From: Dendrobates tinctorius
Taxonomy: Eukaryota
Assembly: GCF_039654945.1 (NCBI RefSeq)
Contig: NW_027361868.1
Coordinates: 13,888,001 to 13,952,000 of the forward strand
Length of the DNA: 64,000 nucleotides
Direction of reading: 5' to 3'
Below the pieces are notes generated by a model. That model was not told the DNA's origin. It saw only the letters and a program-made list of their open reading frames with translations, and did not search any database. Of this stretch, positions 61,925-64,000 are shown one piece after another; position 1 is the first letter of the stretch; each line of letters begins with the position of its first letter. The translations under genes were made by a program, and so were the position numbers.

Positions 61925-62760
61925 CATAGAATGTTAGAGTTGGAAAGGACCTCCGGGGCCATCTGGTGCAACTGCTCAATGGAGGATTCGCTAAACCATC
62001 TCAGACAGATGTCTGTCCAGCCTCTCTTTATAGACCTCCACTGAAAAAGAGCGCACCACCTCTCGTGGCAGCCTCTTCCACTCATTGATCACCCTCACTG
62101 TCAAAATTTTTTTTTCTAATATCTAATCTGTATCTTCTCCATTTGTTTCATTCCATTGCTTCTCGTGTTTCCATGAGCAAATGAGAATAAGGATGATCCC
62201 TCTACACTGTGACATCCCTTCAGATATTTGTAGACAGATATTAAGTCCCCTCTTCACCTTCTTTTTTGCAAGCTAAACATTCCCAGATCCTTTAACCGTT
62301 GCTCGTAGGACATACTTTGTAATCCGCTCACCATCCTGGTAGCTCTTCTCTGAACTTGCTTCAGTTTTTCAATTTTTTTTTTAAATGTGTTACCCAGAAC
62401 TGGACATAGTGTTCCAGATGAGGTCTGACCAGATAGGAGTAAAGGGGGATAATCTCTTCACGTGATCTAGACTCTATGCTTCTCTTAATACATTTTAAAC
62501 TGTGTTTGCCCTTTTTGATGCTGCATCACACTGTTAATTCATGTGCAGTCTGTGATCTATTATTTTCCTCAAGTCTTTTTCATGCGTCCTGTTGCTTAGT
62601 TCTATTCCTCCCATTCTGTGTATGTAATATTCGGTTTTCTTGCACAGATGTAGAATCTTGCATTTCTTCCTGATAAATACCACTCTATTAGTCACTGCCC
62701 ATTGTTCAAGCTTACCTAGATCTTTCTGAATCCTTTCTCTGTCTTCCCTAGTGTTAGCTA
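61925..62760 (-). mobile_element. 5'-truncated CR1 LINE (RT C-terminus and 3' end)
   Basis: ORF 62534..62782 reads NTREDRERIQKDLGKLEQWA..N...KCKILHL; CATAGAAT 3' tail. Confidence 0.9.
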
Positions 62761-63152
62761 CAGTTGGGGAACTCGGCAACAAGTTTAGAATTCTCCTACC
62801 ACGCCATCACAAGGGGAATTATGTATTTACTGTTGGGACCAATGGACCCTCTGTGAGAGAGAGACTGTTTGATCAATTACCTATAGCAGACTACAGATAC
62901 AAAGTTGTCCTGGGACTGAATGGTGATCCTGTGTCCTCCCTAAATGGAACTACACGTGTGACCACTTCACCCATTCCTGTCCATGGCAGTGGTGTGGCCA
63001 TTCATGACCACTAAAGTGCCCTTAAGACCCATAAAAGTGAATAGAGGTGCCTTCATGCATGTGCACTACAGTTACACAACAATCAGGGACCCCTATTCTT
63101 GTAATTGTTGGTGGTCTCAGCAGTCGGGCCCCTTGCTGTTAAACTCTGTTCA

Positions 63153-63303
63153 CCAGTGGCGTAATTTGCAGCTTGAGGACCCTGATATAAAATCTTCGAG
63201 GTTCTCAACTATCATGGTATGGTCTTTAATAGTTTGCAGCCCACCTAGGTTCGAGGGTCCAGGAGTGAATGCAACCCCTGAACCCACTATAGTTACGCCC
63301 CTA
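63153..63303. mobile_element. Small hAT-like MITE
   Basis: CAGTGGCGTAA ... TTACGCCCCTA termini; degenerate 8-bp flanks CTGTTCAC/CTCATCAC. Confidence 0.5.
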
Positions 63304-64000
63304 CTCATCACTTATACTTCGGATACCGGATAAATGGTGTTCATGGGCTGAACCCTTTATCTCCAAACTCCCTAATAAATTAATAAATGGGTTCTCTAAA
63401 ATCAGAAAATTCCATTAGGTCCCATCAGACCTACCCAGTTGCTTCTTGTCTAGAAATGATTATGATTATGGCATTAGTAGCCTGGATTATCATACGAAAA
63501 AAGTAACTTCCATGGGGCAGAGCAATTTTCTAGGAATTTTTGTGGTCTCCAAAAATAGCCATATTGACTCTCCTTTTTTCATAAACTTTCATGCCACAGA
63601 ATAATTAAGTAAGAAATCTTTAATCCCATTTTCCAGACACCTGTGTCTACTCCTTTCATTATTTTACTGAAAGACTGAGGCCTTCCAGTACATTGGTCTC
63701 CTTATCCAGTATATATAGTATGTATGTTGTCAGGGAGATGCCGCTATTTATATCTTGCTTAGAGTTTTCATGTCCTTGATAAAAGAACTGATCAGACAAG
63801 CTCTGAAGTGGATCCCTATAAGACAGTCCTTCATTAAACGGCACAAAATTCTCTATAAGTGACGTTCTTTATAATTATTTACTGTTATCTTGGAATATAA
63901 TAGACTGCCATCCACGCTGTAATTATGGAGTGGACATGTAGGCGATGCAATGTGTCATTGCAATCTGGCTATAATTGCTTAAATGTTAAAAACTTTTATT

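Overview
Vertebrate genomic DNA, very probably a frog (anuran), judging by the repeat repertoire; this is an inference. The first ~7.5 kb holds the last six coding exons and the 3' UTR of EML4 on the + strand, with a 129-N assembly gap in the UTR. I recognise no further host gene in the remaining ~56 kb, which is a dense, multiply nested transposon landscape. It includes a full-length DIRS1-type tyrosine-recombinase retrotransposon (16930-22493, - strand) with inverted terminal repeats (ITRs), an internal complementary region (ICR), an intact RT/RNaseH/methyltransferase ORF and apparently a gag split by spliceosomal introns. It also includes L2 and CR1 LINE remnants, a decayed Penelope-like element (PLE), a Tc1 transposon, Gypsy-type LTRs, many MITEs and four tandem repeats. 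The most notable signal outside the ORF track is a set of type I hammerhead ribozyme motifs. Two lie in circularly permuted ~300-nt copies of a satellite-2/retrozyme-like repeat that also carries an octamer and a CTCF-like motif. The others lie in Penelope-type terminal repeats (pLTRs), two of which form fold-backs. All calls are by eye; no searches or folding were run.
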